From the NCBI GenBank assembly GCA_040357565.1, contig JBDODJ010000001.1: a stretch of 64,000 nucleotides of DNA, one strand, 5' to 3'. Position numbers and translations under genes: made by a program. This document shows, piece by piece, positions 52,706-64,000 of the stretch (positions within the stretch are counted from its first letter, which is position 1; each line of letters starts with the position of its first letter). The notes beneath the pieces were generated by a model that saw nothing but the letters and a program-made list of their open reading frames with translations, had not been told where the DNA came from and did not search any database. The DNA is from Cercozoa sp. M6MM. Taxonomy: Eukaryota > Protista > Endomyxa: Ascetosporea.

Positions 52706-55560
52706 TTAATCGTCCAAGGTGCCGGCAACGTTGGCAGTGGTGACGCGCACACTGTAGGTCACTTGTCCAACGACGCGACTTGCGAGTGTGAGGGGCGCAC
52801 TCACACAGGGCACGGAAGCACCCGTGGCATCGACACTCGTGAGAGTCACCGGGAGCACAGTCTCGCCAAAGAGGTCGTCGAATTCCTCGAGTGAACTGTC
52901 GCTCAGCGTGACAGCGATGCCGCGCAACAAGAGTTCTCGCAGCGTGCACTGCGGTCGCAGTGTCACCGTGTTGGACCAAGCAAAGACGCTTTCGTGGTTC
53001 AGTAGCTGAGTGGCACAGTCAAGAAGTACACACAAAAGGCACCACCCAGCCAGAACCAAGGGTACCTGTCGCGAAAGGCGTCCTTCGTCTGCGAAAGCGC
53101 GCGAGTCGGTGCCGGCAGTGACAAAGAGCGCCGGCTCCATCAGTTCGTCGAAACGCCACTGCGTGGAGCGATCGAAAAAGTTGCGCGGCGCATCGGAACC
53201 GGCGAAAGAAACAGCGACGTTGCGCAACTCGATGCGAGTGACACACCGATCGTGAAAAACGCTCGTGTTGTAGTCGAATCGAAGAATGCCACCCACAGGA
53301 ATATGGTCGCTCACGAGTGCTTCCCTTTGGGGAAGCGAGAAATACTCCAAAGGCGTGCAACGATGCAACGCAGAAAGTCGGCAAGCAAACAGAACGCGAT
53401 CGCAAAACGAAGGCAATCGCTTCTGCGAGAAACGAGTGGTCTCGAGCCACTCGCTTCGTTCGCTTTCGGTTTCGCGCTCAGGAGCTTCCAGTGCTTGTGC
53501 AGCCTCCTGGCGCTGCGGCTTGTATTTGTAACTCGGCACAAAGTCGATATCTTGTGGCTCCTGCAATATTTGGGTGATTAAAAGAATGCCAACAAGGTTG
53601 TTTTCAAACAAGGCTGTTCAAAATTAAAAAATACAAAATAAGAATGGGTAGTACCTTGAAACGAGTTAGAAGTTCATTGCTGCGACGCGCAGCGTTGAGT
53701 TGGTCATATTCGCGAGCCAGCAGGTCGTAGTGGCAGTCCCGCACGTGACTCTCGATCTCGGCCACGGTTGTGCAGGCGCTGTGCTGACTCAGGTCGCGCG
53801 ACTCGAGTTCGTTCGACTCAAGACTCCGATCGGTCGCAACGAGCGTGTCACGTGCATTAAGTCGAAAGTTAAGGTCGCCAAAGAAGAAGGTTGCGTTGGG
53901 AGTGTGCTCCAGTGAGAAAGCCGCCGTGTGAACGGCATCGTCGCCAGAAGCGAAATCGAAACTCGCTTTGCTGGAGCGAAGCAACTCGCGACTCTCCTCG
54001 TCGCCAGAAGTAATGCTGCTGTCGTCTGCGCCGATCGCTTGGCGCGCGAAACTCGGTCGAAGCTTGTTGCAAGACTGAAAGATGAGCGCAATGTCCTTCT
54101 GCCGCTTGCGGAAGAACTGTTCCTTCTCGTGCGCCGCCAGGTGAGCACCAACAAAGGCGAGGTCGAGCGTCTCGTCGAGCCAGATGGCACTACATACAGC
54201 ACAGACCAGACAAACTCAAGCGACTCTAGCTACACACGTATCAGTCAAATAAGACACAAGAGTAGTACGCAGCCACGGCGCCCTTGTTGTGCCAGATGTT
54301 GCCGACGCCAGTGGCTTCGCTGTCGGTGCGCACGGCATCGATGCACAGGCCGCGTTTCGCCACCAGCAGCATCGCCAACTAGACCCAAAAAGACAGGGTA
54401 CACAGATAGACAGGTATAGATATAGATATACAGATAGACAGAAGATACCGAGCCACGTGGAACAACGGTGACAGTGGTCCAGTCGGTGCCGCCCAACAAG
54501 TCGCACAAACCGTCGCTCAAGTCGCGCAGCTTCTCGCGATTCGCACTGTCGAACTCTTGCATCGCCAGGGCGAGGAGTTGCACCTACAAGGTGCGGGGGT
54601 GGCATAAATTGAGTAGAGGAACAGATGAGATAAGAGTAAGACCTTATTATCATTGATCTTGCGGTGCACGAGTCGGTGCAGCAGACGCGCCGAGACGCGC
54701 ACCTTGTTGACGTTCCAAGTGAGACACATTACGGTGACACTGGCGTTCATTTCGACCGGTGCGTCATCACTCAGAACGTGCTCAATTGACGAGCCTTTGA
54801 CAGCGTACTGATGGTCAGGACTGTTGTCATCGTCGGTGTCGTGCAGGAGAGCGTCGTGTGGTCGCATCGGTCGGTACTTCTCCCGCCAGGCGCGTCGCAC
54901 ATTGGCATCCGTCAGGAACAGCACCGCCTGTAACAAAGGTCTTATACCGGAAGTAACTGGAGTGAGGGAAAAACCACAGGAGAAACGCACATTGACAGCA
55001 CCAGCGAGCGGCGAGAAGAGCGCATGAAGGAACGAGAAGAAGAACAGGTCGTCGTGCGGATAGATCAGGTCAGTGACACGGTCCAACACAGCCGGAATGC
55101 GCAGCAGCACAAAACACCAGGCGAACAGCGCGAGCCGACTTTGCGAGGCACGCAGAGAGTACTGCAGTGTGTCTGTGTGTTGTTTTCTGCTTGTACTCAA
55201 AAAAGAAGCTACATGCACAAGGCGTCGATCGTGTCGTCTTGATACAATCGTGAGAACCAGAAGCACCAAGACCATTGTGACAAAAGTCGGCACATGCAGG
55301 AACACCAGACGAGAGGCCTGTCACGCAAGTAGGCATTGTATCCCAATGCTTGAAAAAAGAAACAGAGTACCTGGTATTTGCGAGGCACCCAGCACCACAA
55401 AGAGGTGCGTCCAAAGTGACCCAAGGCAGCCAGAGCAATCACTGTGAGCAGTGGCACACCCCAGCACAGCAGGTGCATTAGCGGCTCAAACTTCCACAGT
55501 ACGCGGCCTTTTTTGAGCGAGATCAGCAACAGCACCACCGAGATGCAAAGGACCCACATC

Positions 55561-55610
<50 letters not shown>

Positions 55611-55710
55611 NNNNNNNNNNNNNNNNNNNNNNNNNNNNNNNNNNNNNNNNNNNNNNNNNNNNNNNNNNNNNNNNNNNNNNNNNNNNNNNNNNNNNNNNNN
55701 NNNNNNNNNN

Positions 55711-55756
<46 letters not shown>

Positions 55757-56359
55757 CGAATCGTTCCAAGTGTCTTCCATTGACCTTCTAATATCTCATA
55801 CAGTAACTTACCTGAACTCAGTGAGAACATTTGCCGAGCCATCGCTTGCACAATGCATGCGGCGTCGCTTGTGTCCGGAATATCGTCTGGCTTGCCAAAG
55901 GCAAAGTCCTGCACAGACTCAGCTAACCGCACCTTTTTATCGAGCTCAAAAACGAAGTGTACATCATCCAGGAAAAGCGACAAGGCGGCTAGCATGTCCG
56001 AGCATGCCAATGCAAGCACCAGTCTCACTGAAAACGACCGGGAAACCCGCTTGTACAGCAGCGCATATGTCAGACAGACACCAAGCGTTGCTACGAGCGA
56101 AATACCGCCTGTTACCTAAGCCCAACATTGTCGCAAGGTGGGATAAAAGGGGTGAAGGGATAAGTAAAGTGGGTAAAGGGGTGGGAACAAGGAGGTGAAC
56201 GGGTGGGAACAAGGGGTAAAGGGGTGGGAAAGTTAAAGAGGTAAAGAGTGCCCGGGGGGGGGGGGGGGGTAAACAAAACCCAAGCTTTCAAAACTCAATA
56301 CAACCTGAACCCACCACAATGAGCAAGCGCAAGACTTGCAGCTCTTGGTCTGTGTTCAT
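52706..56359 (-). CDS. 7TM cAMP-receptor-like GPCR fused to an inositol polyphosphate 5-phosphatase, with a C-terminal C2-like region
   Basis: GPCR: RLVLALACSDML, ACIVQA, LCWGVPLL, LWCWV, FLHALFSPLAGAVNAVLF. 5-phosphatase: LTWNVN, AMQE, FVGAHLAA, FFGDLNFRL, YDQL, FVPSYKY, PSFCDRVLF, SDHIPV. The last TM and TWNV lie in one reading frame (54517..55305). Confidence 0.88.
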
Positions 56360-56579
56360 TATGACTGCATGAAACGGTATTAGCACTCCACTGCATAGAT
56401 TAGAATGTCTCGTCACTCAGCCTGAGCTTAAGCTTTTTTTTTTGCTTTTCTTCACTAAAAGTCGGTCAGGAAGCTACATTAGTATGATACGTCATCACGT
56501 CAGTGAGCAAGGGTGAAAACACTTCATCTGATACGATAGGTAGACTTCACATCCTGTGAGTTCACGTCTGTCACGTCAG

Positions 56580-57620
56580 TTAAACGAGCTTCTTGGATTG
56601 GAAGAAAGTCTTGAGCGACCACAATTGGAAGGCGCCGCTCGCCACGAGCACTGTCAACCGAAAGCCTTAAAAGGCACAGGGTAGGCAGAGTGAAAGGACA
56701 CAAGAGAGTACCGATAGTTTGGACGATCGAGAACCAAACGACACGCGAGTTCGTCGATTCTGACGTGTTGCGGAAACGCTCCTCGCGACCCTACAAAAAG
56801 TTGTCCATGATGAACTAAAGCAGAAAGGCACAAAGTCAGCAAGTACCTTCTGGTAGGCCTGTTCCTGTCGGATGTCGCGCACCTTGTCGTTCAGCTTGCG
56901 GATTTCGACCTCGATAGCCGACAGGTGCTCGACCTGAAAGCATAGTGCACCTGGCACCTGGGGACACAGGGGTTCTATACCTTGGCCATCTCTTCGTAGT
57001 CAGTGGCCTCTTCGCCGACTTCGAGACCGAGTTCCACTCTCTGTAAAAAGGGAAATGAATCACACAGGTGGTTACAGCAAAGCGCGGAGGCAGTACGAAT
57101 TCGCGGTTCTGGCCGAACCAGTGCGACGTCGTGGTCGACACGCAGACGGTGTGCTCGCCGCCGCTCTCGCTGGTGAAAGCCACCTTGCCTGCGAGATCGA
57201 GAGCTGTATTGACGCACTGAGAAAATAGAGAAAGCTCGGCTACCGGACTCCCTCGTGGGCTGCTCGTGAATCACTTGGTTGCGCGGATTGCGCACAGTCA
57301 CCTGTGTCAGACATCACAATATGGTCTTAGAGAGAAAGACAAAGACTAGTGGTGCACGGGAAAGGTACAAGGATCTGCGAGGCCTGCTGACCACCGGCGG
57401 CCTGCGAAAGCATCATCCAGTCGAGGTTCTTGTAAGTCGCCACCACCAGGGTCTCGGCCGGCACTTCCTGTTGCGTGCAATACGCACGAAATCAAGCGCT
57501 TGACACCAATAGTGTGTGGTCATCTCTCACCTCGATGAAGCACCGTTTGGAGCCCTCAACGACCTTAATGTAGAACGCTTCTGTCGCGGCAACGCATAGT
57601 GCCAGTAGAAGCAACAGCAT
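56580..57620 (-). CDS. p24/emp24/gp25L cargo receptor, alpha subfamily (TMED9/4-like)
   Basis: Signal peptide, KRCFIEE, AFTSESGGEHTVC (GOLD), coiled coil, FRNTSESTNSRVVWFS, and C-terminal FFQSKKLV* (KKxx). Confidence 0.92.
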
Positions 57621-58078
57621 TCTACACAATGAACCAGATATAACTCAAAAAAAAGTACATGTTTCGACAGCAAATCTTACTGCAAGGGTGAGTGTGTTCA
57701 GCAGTATGCCTTTGCAGTACACGTCCCTCTTATCGGCCGCAAGCCCGCTACAGTGTCGATTTTCACACGTGCGTCCATCGTATTGTAGCCACTGTTTGGA
57801 GGAGGGGCGTGCTGTGTGCTCTTTTGCCGATTTCATTTCTCTTTGCGTGTAATTTTCACGAAAGAACGGTCTTTTCTCGGCATAGAGGATTCTACTGCTG
57901 GTGTGTGCTGGCGCGCGGGCATACCGAAAGTCCGAACGGCGCGCGGTACAAAAAATGTGGAGTCTTGGCGCGGCGCCAGACTCTAACTTCGCACAGCCGC
58001 AGCGCATTTTCTTGTGGTTGAGTGTGCGTACAAAGCGAGTCTGAGGCCAAGCCGTTCAGAACACAGCGATTATCAAAA

Positions 58079-59365
58079 ATGAGTCCTTTCGAGATTGACA
58101 CCACAGCGAAGCGTCAGAAAGATGTTGAGCTCAAGTTGTCCTCCCGTGGCAGCATGGTCCGGGCGATACTGTTGGTGTTGAGCAACGTTCTTGGTGCGTC
58201 TGTGCTGAGTGCACCTCAACGATTCGCCGACACTGGCTTTATTAACAGGTGCCACTGCTAGTGTCTGGGGGGGGGTGTTGTTGTTCAAAACGACCGTTGT
58301 GTAAATTTACTTTTGCGCAGTCTCGTGGCCATGTTTCTACTGCTCGTACTTGCGGACGGTAGAATTTCTCATGTGTACTTTTTGAAATTGTGTCGACTGA
58401 TGGAGGAGCATGGTTGTTTGTGTAAATTTAGTGACAATGCGGCAGTTGTTGGCACTGGGTGATAGGACCAAGTCGTCATCTTACGATGCTCTGTAATTTA
58501 AGTCTTTCTTTCCGTTAGTATGGTTCCTAGCGAGTGTCGATATCTGCAGCATGGCGTCTCAATTCGGAGCGATTGGAGTGTTGTTGCTGTCGTTGGTGGC
58601 TGCAGTGTTTGATTTGGGCTGCACTTGGACCGTACGCAGCCTACTACTGATTGCAAAGTTATCCACTTGGTTTACTTGGTATTCGTTCTTCAGTACCTCG
58701 TCTCATCGGTCGAATTGGCGATGCCGGAGTTCCACCACCTAATAACTGACGCTCTATTTGGAAGCAAAGGTACCTGTTTATAATTGTACTTACGCACAGC
58801 CTGTATGTATTATCATAGGCTTCGTGGAACGAGCGCTGTTGCTATTGATCATGTGCATTTTCGTCTGCGTACTACTGTTGTTTTCGCGTGACATGCGGAA
58901 GCTCTCCTATGTTTCGGGAGTCTCTTCTTTGGTAAAATGAGCTGTAAGCATAAGACACGACAACATTTGGTGTATTTTTGCAGGTCATTGCAGTGGCAAT
59001 GCCGGTCTTATTGATTCGCGCGGCGCAGTTGACACCGGACATTCGGGATACAAGACATGTCGAGCATGACTTCCAGTGTACGCTAGCCCAGAACCAAGCA
59101 GCGTGTGCTTCAATCTGCGTTCCTGCAGGGTCGACGGGCAACTTGATTAACGTGTTTGCCGTGCTGATGTTCACGTTTACGTACCACGAAAGCGTCTTTG
59201 GCATTCGTCGGGTAGTACCCGCAACGGTGCGTCATAGCGACGCAGAGGCAGGACACGCATCGGTTTACGGTGCGCACCTCATGCTTTCATACATGTTGAG
59301 TGTCGATGCAAGTTGGGTGTGCTCTAACAGAAGTGCACGACAGCGATCGAACGCCAAAGTTTTTG

Positions 59366-59419
<54 letters not shown>

Positions 59420-60399
59420 CCAATGAGGGTTTGAAGCGGGTGTGATGGGATGCAGTTGGCCAATCGAATCGGTTTGGGAATTGCATTTGCCGTTATGGCC
59501 ACGTGGGGTGCGCTCTGTTCTTTTCTTCTGCGCGGTGAATATCAGGGAAAACGCATCCTCAATCAGGTATAGTATGTATTTTTAGAAAGATGGACCAGTC
59601 AGTTTACTTTCCGGCCTGCACCTTTCTGAGTAGAACGTCTTCTTGTCGCTCTCTTTGCGAGACGACGTCACGATGCGCGTGATCCGACTCATGTGTGCCG
59701 CCAACTTCTGTACCTCTACACGCACGTTCTTGACCCACTCAACCTAGTACCTTTCAGCCTAATACCCATGTTTTATTTGCACAGTGTTGGTGGCAGTCGT
59801 TGTCGCCTTCTTTGCGCGCGAATACTTGGTCTCGTTGGTTCAGGCTTTGCGGGTAAAGTTCTCGTCCACCGCGCAGCCAGTGTAAACCCTGTCTTCAGTC
59901 TGCTCTGAGCCCGCTGTCACTGACTCTTGCCAATGCGAACAGCTCCTTTGCCGATACGCGCACAATGCCGAAGCGCGTGTTTGTGGCTAGCACCTTCGTT
60001 CTGACGGCAGTGCTGTACGCGCTGTGTCTATCACCGCTGCCGAGTGACGCTATCAATGATTTGTATGGCCGAGAACATTTTTGTTGCCTCGTTTATGAGC
60101 ACCTAGGATTTCGTTGCACGGCACAGGTTCGGTTTATTGTGCGGCGTCGCGCTTGGCCTCTTTTTTCCGGTATTCGATTTGTAAACTGTAGTTCCAGCAG
60201 TTCTGGAAGCAAAACTGACTGTATAAAATCTTGATGCCTTGTTCTACAGGTGGCCTTGTACATCAGTGTGCACCGTGTACCACTACAGAAGGCGGCGCTG
60301 TCGTTTGCACTGTGCACAGCATTTGGAGTCGGTGTACTCGGACTCGCCTTGGGCTTGTACACCTGGGCCACGGACTACCTCACTAGCTCTCATGATTGA
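58079..60399 (+). CDS. Amino-acid transporter (Aa_trans / AVT-SLC38-like)
   Basis: SNVLGASVLSAPQRFADTG, RDMRKLSYVSGVS, FTFTYHESVFGI and multiple TM exons. End approximate. Confidence 0.82.
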
Positions 60400-60574
60400 C
60401 CACTCACAGTATGACGCGAGTATTGTTGCTACTGAATCGAATATATTCGCGTCATACTTGCTAGATGCCCTCACCCTATGCGGGAGGTAAAGTACGGTTA
60501 TCGGACGCCAATCCGGTTACTACTGTAGCTGCTTGTACCGTACTGTACTTGTACAGTACAGCAAGAGGGACAAA

Positions 60575-63475
60575 ATGGCGGAGACACTAGACATGGCTAT
60601 TTGGGTGTGAGACAACTCGCTTGCAGAGTACCTATTTAGAGCTTCAGACAGCACCAGTACACACTAATATTATGTGGCATTACGACAAGTGCACTAAAAT
60701 TTGCTGGCATGTAGTGTGTTGCGTGTTCGAGCGGCGAGAAGCGTGGCGCCCAGTGTCTCGAGTGTTTGGGCGGCCGGCCTGATCGCTCGCGCCAAAATTC
60801 GCGCACTGAGGGGACTCTGGGCTGCTCTGATCGCCGCGCTGAGTGCATCAGAGGCCGTAGTGCAGTATACTGCACGCGGAATCGTGTGTGCCACGTGGCC
60901 TAGTGGCCAGCACAGCGAGAAATCAACGGTGCAATTGTGCCAGAAACCGCCGTTCTGAGATCTGTCAAAACCCTCAGAATACGCACCAAACACTGACTAG
61001 ACTAGGGTCGAGACACTGCTACTGACTGTACTAAGTACTAGAACACGTGCGCCGACCGCGAGCATCGCGAGGAGCGGTGTGTGTTTTTGTTGTCTCGTGT
61101 GTTTGTTGTCTCGTGTGTTTGTTGTCTCGTGTGTTTGTTGTCTCGTGTGTTTGTTGTCTCGTGTGCTTGTTGTTTTGTTGTGTGTGTCTCTTGACTGTAC
61201 TGGGACAAGGCATTAGTTTTCTGTGCTGTGCTTGGGCAGAACAAAGTGAAACAAAGCAAGAACACTCTCCGTTGAACTGGTACTACCTCTACTACTCTGT
61301 GCTTGTGGTGCGAGTGAGTGCTTGTGTTGTGGTATGTTGGTTTTGACACAGAGAGAAACAACGACAATGGAACTTCCCAACGCCGACCCACGGGGTCTCG
61401 ATGAACGAGACCGATCGGCACTGCTGCGCTACTGCAAGGGTACTACTGCACACTAAACCAAAGAGGTGTAACGCACACTCACACATGTGTCTATGGGTAT
61501 GTGCATATGTCTGTGTGTTTATGGTAGCGCAAGACACGTGGTGCATCGTGAAAGCACCAAATGTACGACTGGCGCAACAGACCGCTAGCAGGTACCTTGT
61601 GTGTTTTTGATTATGTCTGTGTCTGTCTGTACTGTGCGTACTGTGTGTGTACTGTGTGTCTACTGTATGTGTCTGTATGCATACATTGTGTGTGGTCTGA
61701 TCAGAAAGCACAACGCGCGCTACATGCGTGCGGAAAGTGCTCTTACAAAATCAGCCGACGAGGCCGCCATGCGAGCACACTGGATAGAAATTGAGCGCGT
61801 CACTGAGAAGTGGTACTGCCTGTACATATATTTATGTCTATATATGTGTGTGTATGTACATTAACATGTGTGTGGGTAGGCAGCGTGACTTGGCTCAAGC
61901 AGGCACGAGGGCCTCCAACTCACTGCTTTTTGAGTTGGAGGCCACCAAGACCGTGCAGCAGGTGGCCGGTGCTGACTTGGGGTGCCCTGACTCTCTGTCA
62001 TTTGTGTGTGTATATGTATGTGTGTGTGTGTGTATTATATGTTGTGTATGTGTGTGTGTGGATGACACAGGCAGCACACGGTAAGCCCAGTGGGCACAGT
62101 TCCTGTGCTGCCCACGAGCATCTTGCCGCAAGGTGATCTCTGCTCGCAATTGGCCTACCTCGAACGGCAGGCAGCTTTCTCCCTCTTCCTTCCACACTTG
62201 TCAGGCCTAGGTAGTGTGTATTGTGCTGTGTGCCTGCAATAGAAAGAGTTGCCGGTCGAAGCGGTCAAGTTGTGCCCCACTGCTGCTGCTGTTGAGGCCA
62301 ACACTGACACCGCCATCGTGGTGGAGCGAGTGCGTGGCTGCTCGCTGGGGCAGTTGTTGGAGAACACTGCTCCCTTTGGTACCCTTGCTCTCTGCAAGCA
62401 ATGCATATGTGTGTGTGTGCACATTTGCATGTATCATGTGTCTCTGTATATTATGTACGGCACAGGGCACGAGCACGAGTTGCGACAGGCCGCACGAGCC
62501 ACAGTGTCCTTGTTGACGCCACTGTGCCGACTACTAACACGTCTTCACAAGCGCGGCATTCTTCACAATGATTTATCGCCAGGCAATCTCATGTTCTCGT
62601 CGAACGACACTGCGGTCTGCGAGCAAATCGAGGCGTGTGCCTCACTTGGCGAAATGTACGACCTTTTCGATAAGGTATCACGTGTCTGTCTGTGCACATG
62701 TGTGCTCAAACATGTTATGTCTGTTGCAGGTCGAACTAGGCAGCGTGTACGCTGTGCTGATTGACTACGGCGAGGCGTCACTGCAAGGATGCTCGCGGTT
62801 GCATCCCAAGGTAGTCCTGGTCTGTTTCTGTCTGTCCATGTGTATCTGCTTCGTGTGTCGGCAGGGTTGTCCGGTAGCATCTACGTTGGCCTCGCACTCC
62901 ACGTGTGCTCGGCTTTTTGTGCGACAGCTGCGGCAGGCGCGTTTGCTCCATGAGTAGCACACTCCCTCTTCTTTGTGTGCTCTGTGTGTATACTGTATGC
63001 ATGTATGTTGTGTGTGTGCCCTGTGTGTACACATGCATGTACTTTGCTTGTGTGTGTGTGCAGCACTTCGCACGAGCAGGCACTGTTGAAGGTGCTGCAA
63101 CAACTGTGCCGACCGACATCGCCGCACTCGCAACTACTCTGTGCCCTTACCTTCTCCTATGCCTTTTGTGTCTTGTGTGTGCGTATGTTTATGTGTGTGT
63201 GTGTGGTGATACAGGTTTTACCCAAGGTTACAGTGCACCCGAGGCAGCAACACTCGGCATGCGATCTGCCTTATCGGACTCCTTCTCGTTGGGTACATTG
63301 CATTGCTGGTCTGTGGGGTGTGTGGGTGTGGGTGTGAGTGTGTGTACTGAGTATATATGTATATATGTGGACCAATGGTGCAGGCGCGATCATGCGCTCG
63401 ATGATGTTTGGCGTGTGGGGCCACGACTGCGGCGACTTTGTCAAGATGGGCCGCCCGGGTACTGCCTCTGTCCGG

Positions 63476-63531
<56 letters not shown>

Positions 63532-63602
63532 CATACCATGCATGTGTATCTGTGTGACAGACGTCGAGGTTGCTCAGCTCAAGCAGTGCCAGAGCCTGCA
63601 GT
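60575..63602. repeat. Right copy of the large inverted duplication (pairs with 1-2925)
   Basis: Reverse complement of 1-2925, with an identical core and diverged flanks. Confidence 0.97.
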
Positions 63603-63902
63603 TGCCGATGTGGGCTCGCCTCCTGCACGTGGACGGCGCTGCCTCTGCGATAGAGGAGGAAGTGCCTGCTGTACACTTCTTTTATGTATCGATGCATGCC
63701 TGTTTGTGTTTGTGTTTGTGTGTATGTCTGGTCTGGTGTAGCTGCCACCATCGTGGCTGTGGTATGACTGCATTCCAGGCGACACTCTGGCACTGCTGCA
63801 GCGACGTGCCCCTGACCTCTTGCGAGTGCTGGATGCGCTGCTGGACCCGCGGCCTCTGTGTCGAGGCACTGTCGCCGAGACTATGGACCAGTTCGCCTGG
63901 TA

Positions 63903-63947
<45 letters not shown>

Positions 63948-64000
63948 GTATCGTGTGTGTATGTGTTGTGCTGTCCAGTGCACTGTGGCACGAGGACTCT
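60593..64000 (+). CDS. Non-RD protein kinase-like gene, copy 2 (runs off window end; start approximate)
   Basis: Same motifs as copy 1 (HNDLSPGN, IDYG, GFTQGYSAPE, SDSFSLG), plus a later exon LLRVLDALLDPRPLCRGTV (subdomain XI-like). Confidence 0.8.
61085..61165 (+). repeat. 16-bp tandem repeat (TTGTTGTCTCGTGTGT, ~5 copies) in a kinase intron
   Basis: Direct reading; the paralogous intron at ~2384-2415 has only ~2 copies. Confidence 0.85.

Overview
Gene-dense eukaryotic (protist-like) genomic DNA. Genes are split by many very short (~45-65 nt) GT-AG introns, often with GTAC donors. Several introns carry (CA)n/(TG)n or C/T-rich microsatellites, and all five assembly gaps fall in simple repeats. 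About 26 protein-coding genes can be supported; exon structures were inferred by eye, so most boundaries are approximate. Recognisable genes: ERCC6/CSB, a CCDC174-like gene, GaaA-type D-galacturonate reductase, RPN13/ADRM1, TFIIS, DDX41, PFDN5, an M14 carboxypeptidase, EMG1, CYC1, a GPCR-inositol 5-phosphatase fusion, a p24/TMED9-like gene and an amino-acid transporter. The window is bracketed by a ~3 kb inverted duplication of a non-RD kinase gene whose ~2 kb core is essentially identical between copies. The two most unusual signals are non-coding. (1) At 10950-11136 (-) a single Pol III-type unit has two interlocked tRNA bodies: a circularly permuted tRNA sits where the anticodon loop/intron of a second tRNA should be. 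(2) At 40962-42132 a long nested fold-back has arms that become colinear only after two GT-AG intron-like inserts are removed from the left arm, suggesting a spliced long-hairpin RNA. The organism cannot be identified from the sequence alone.
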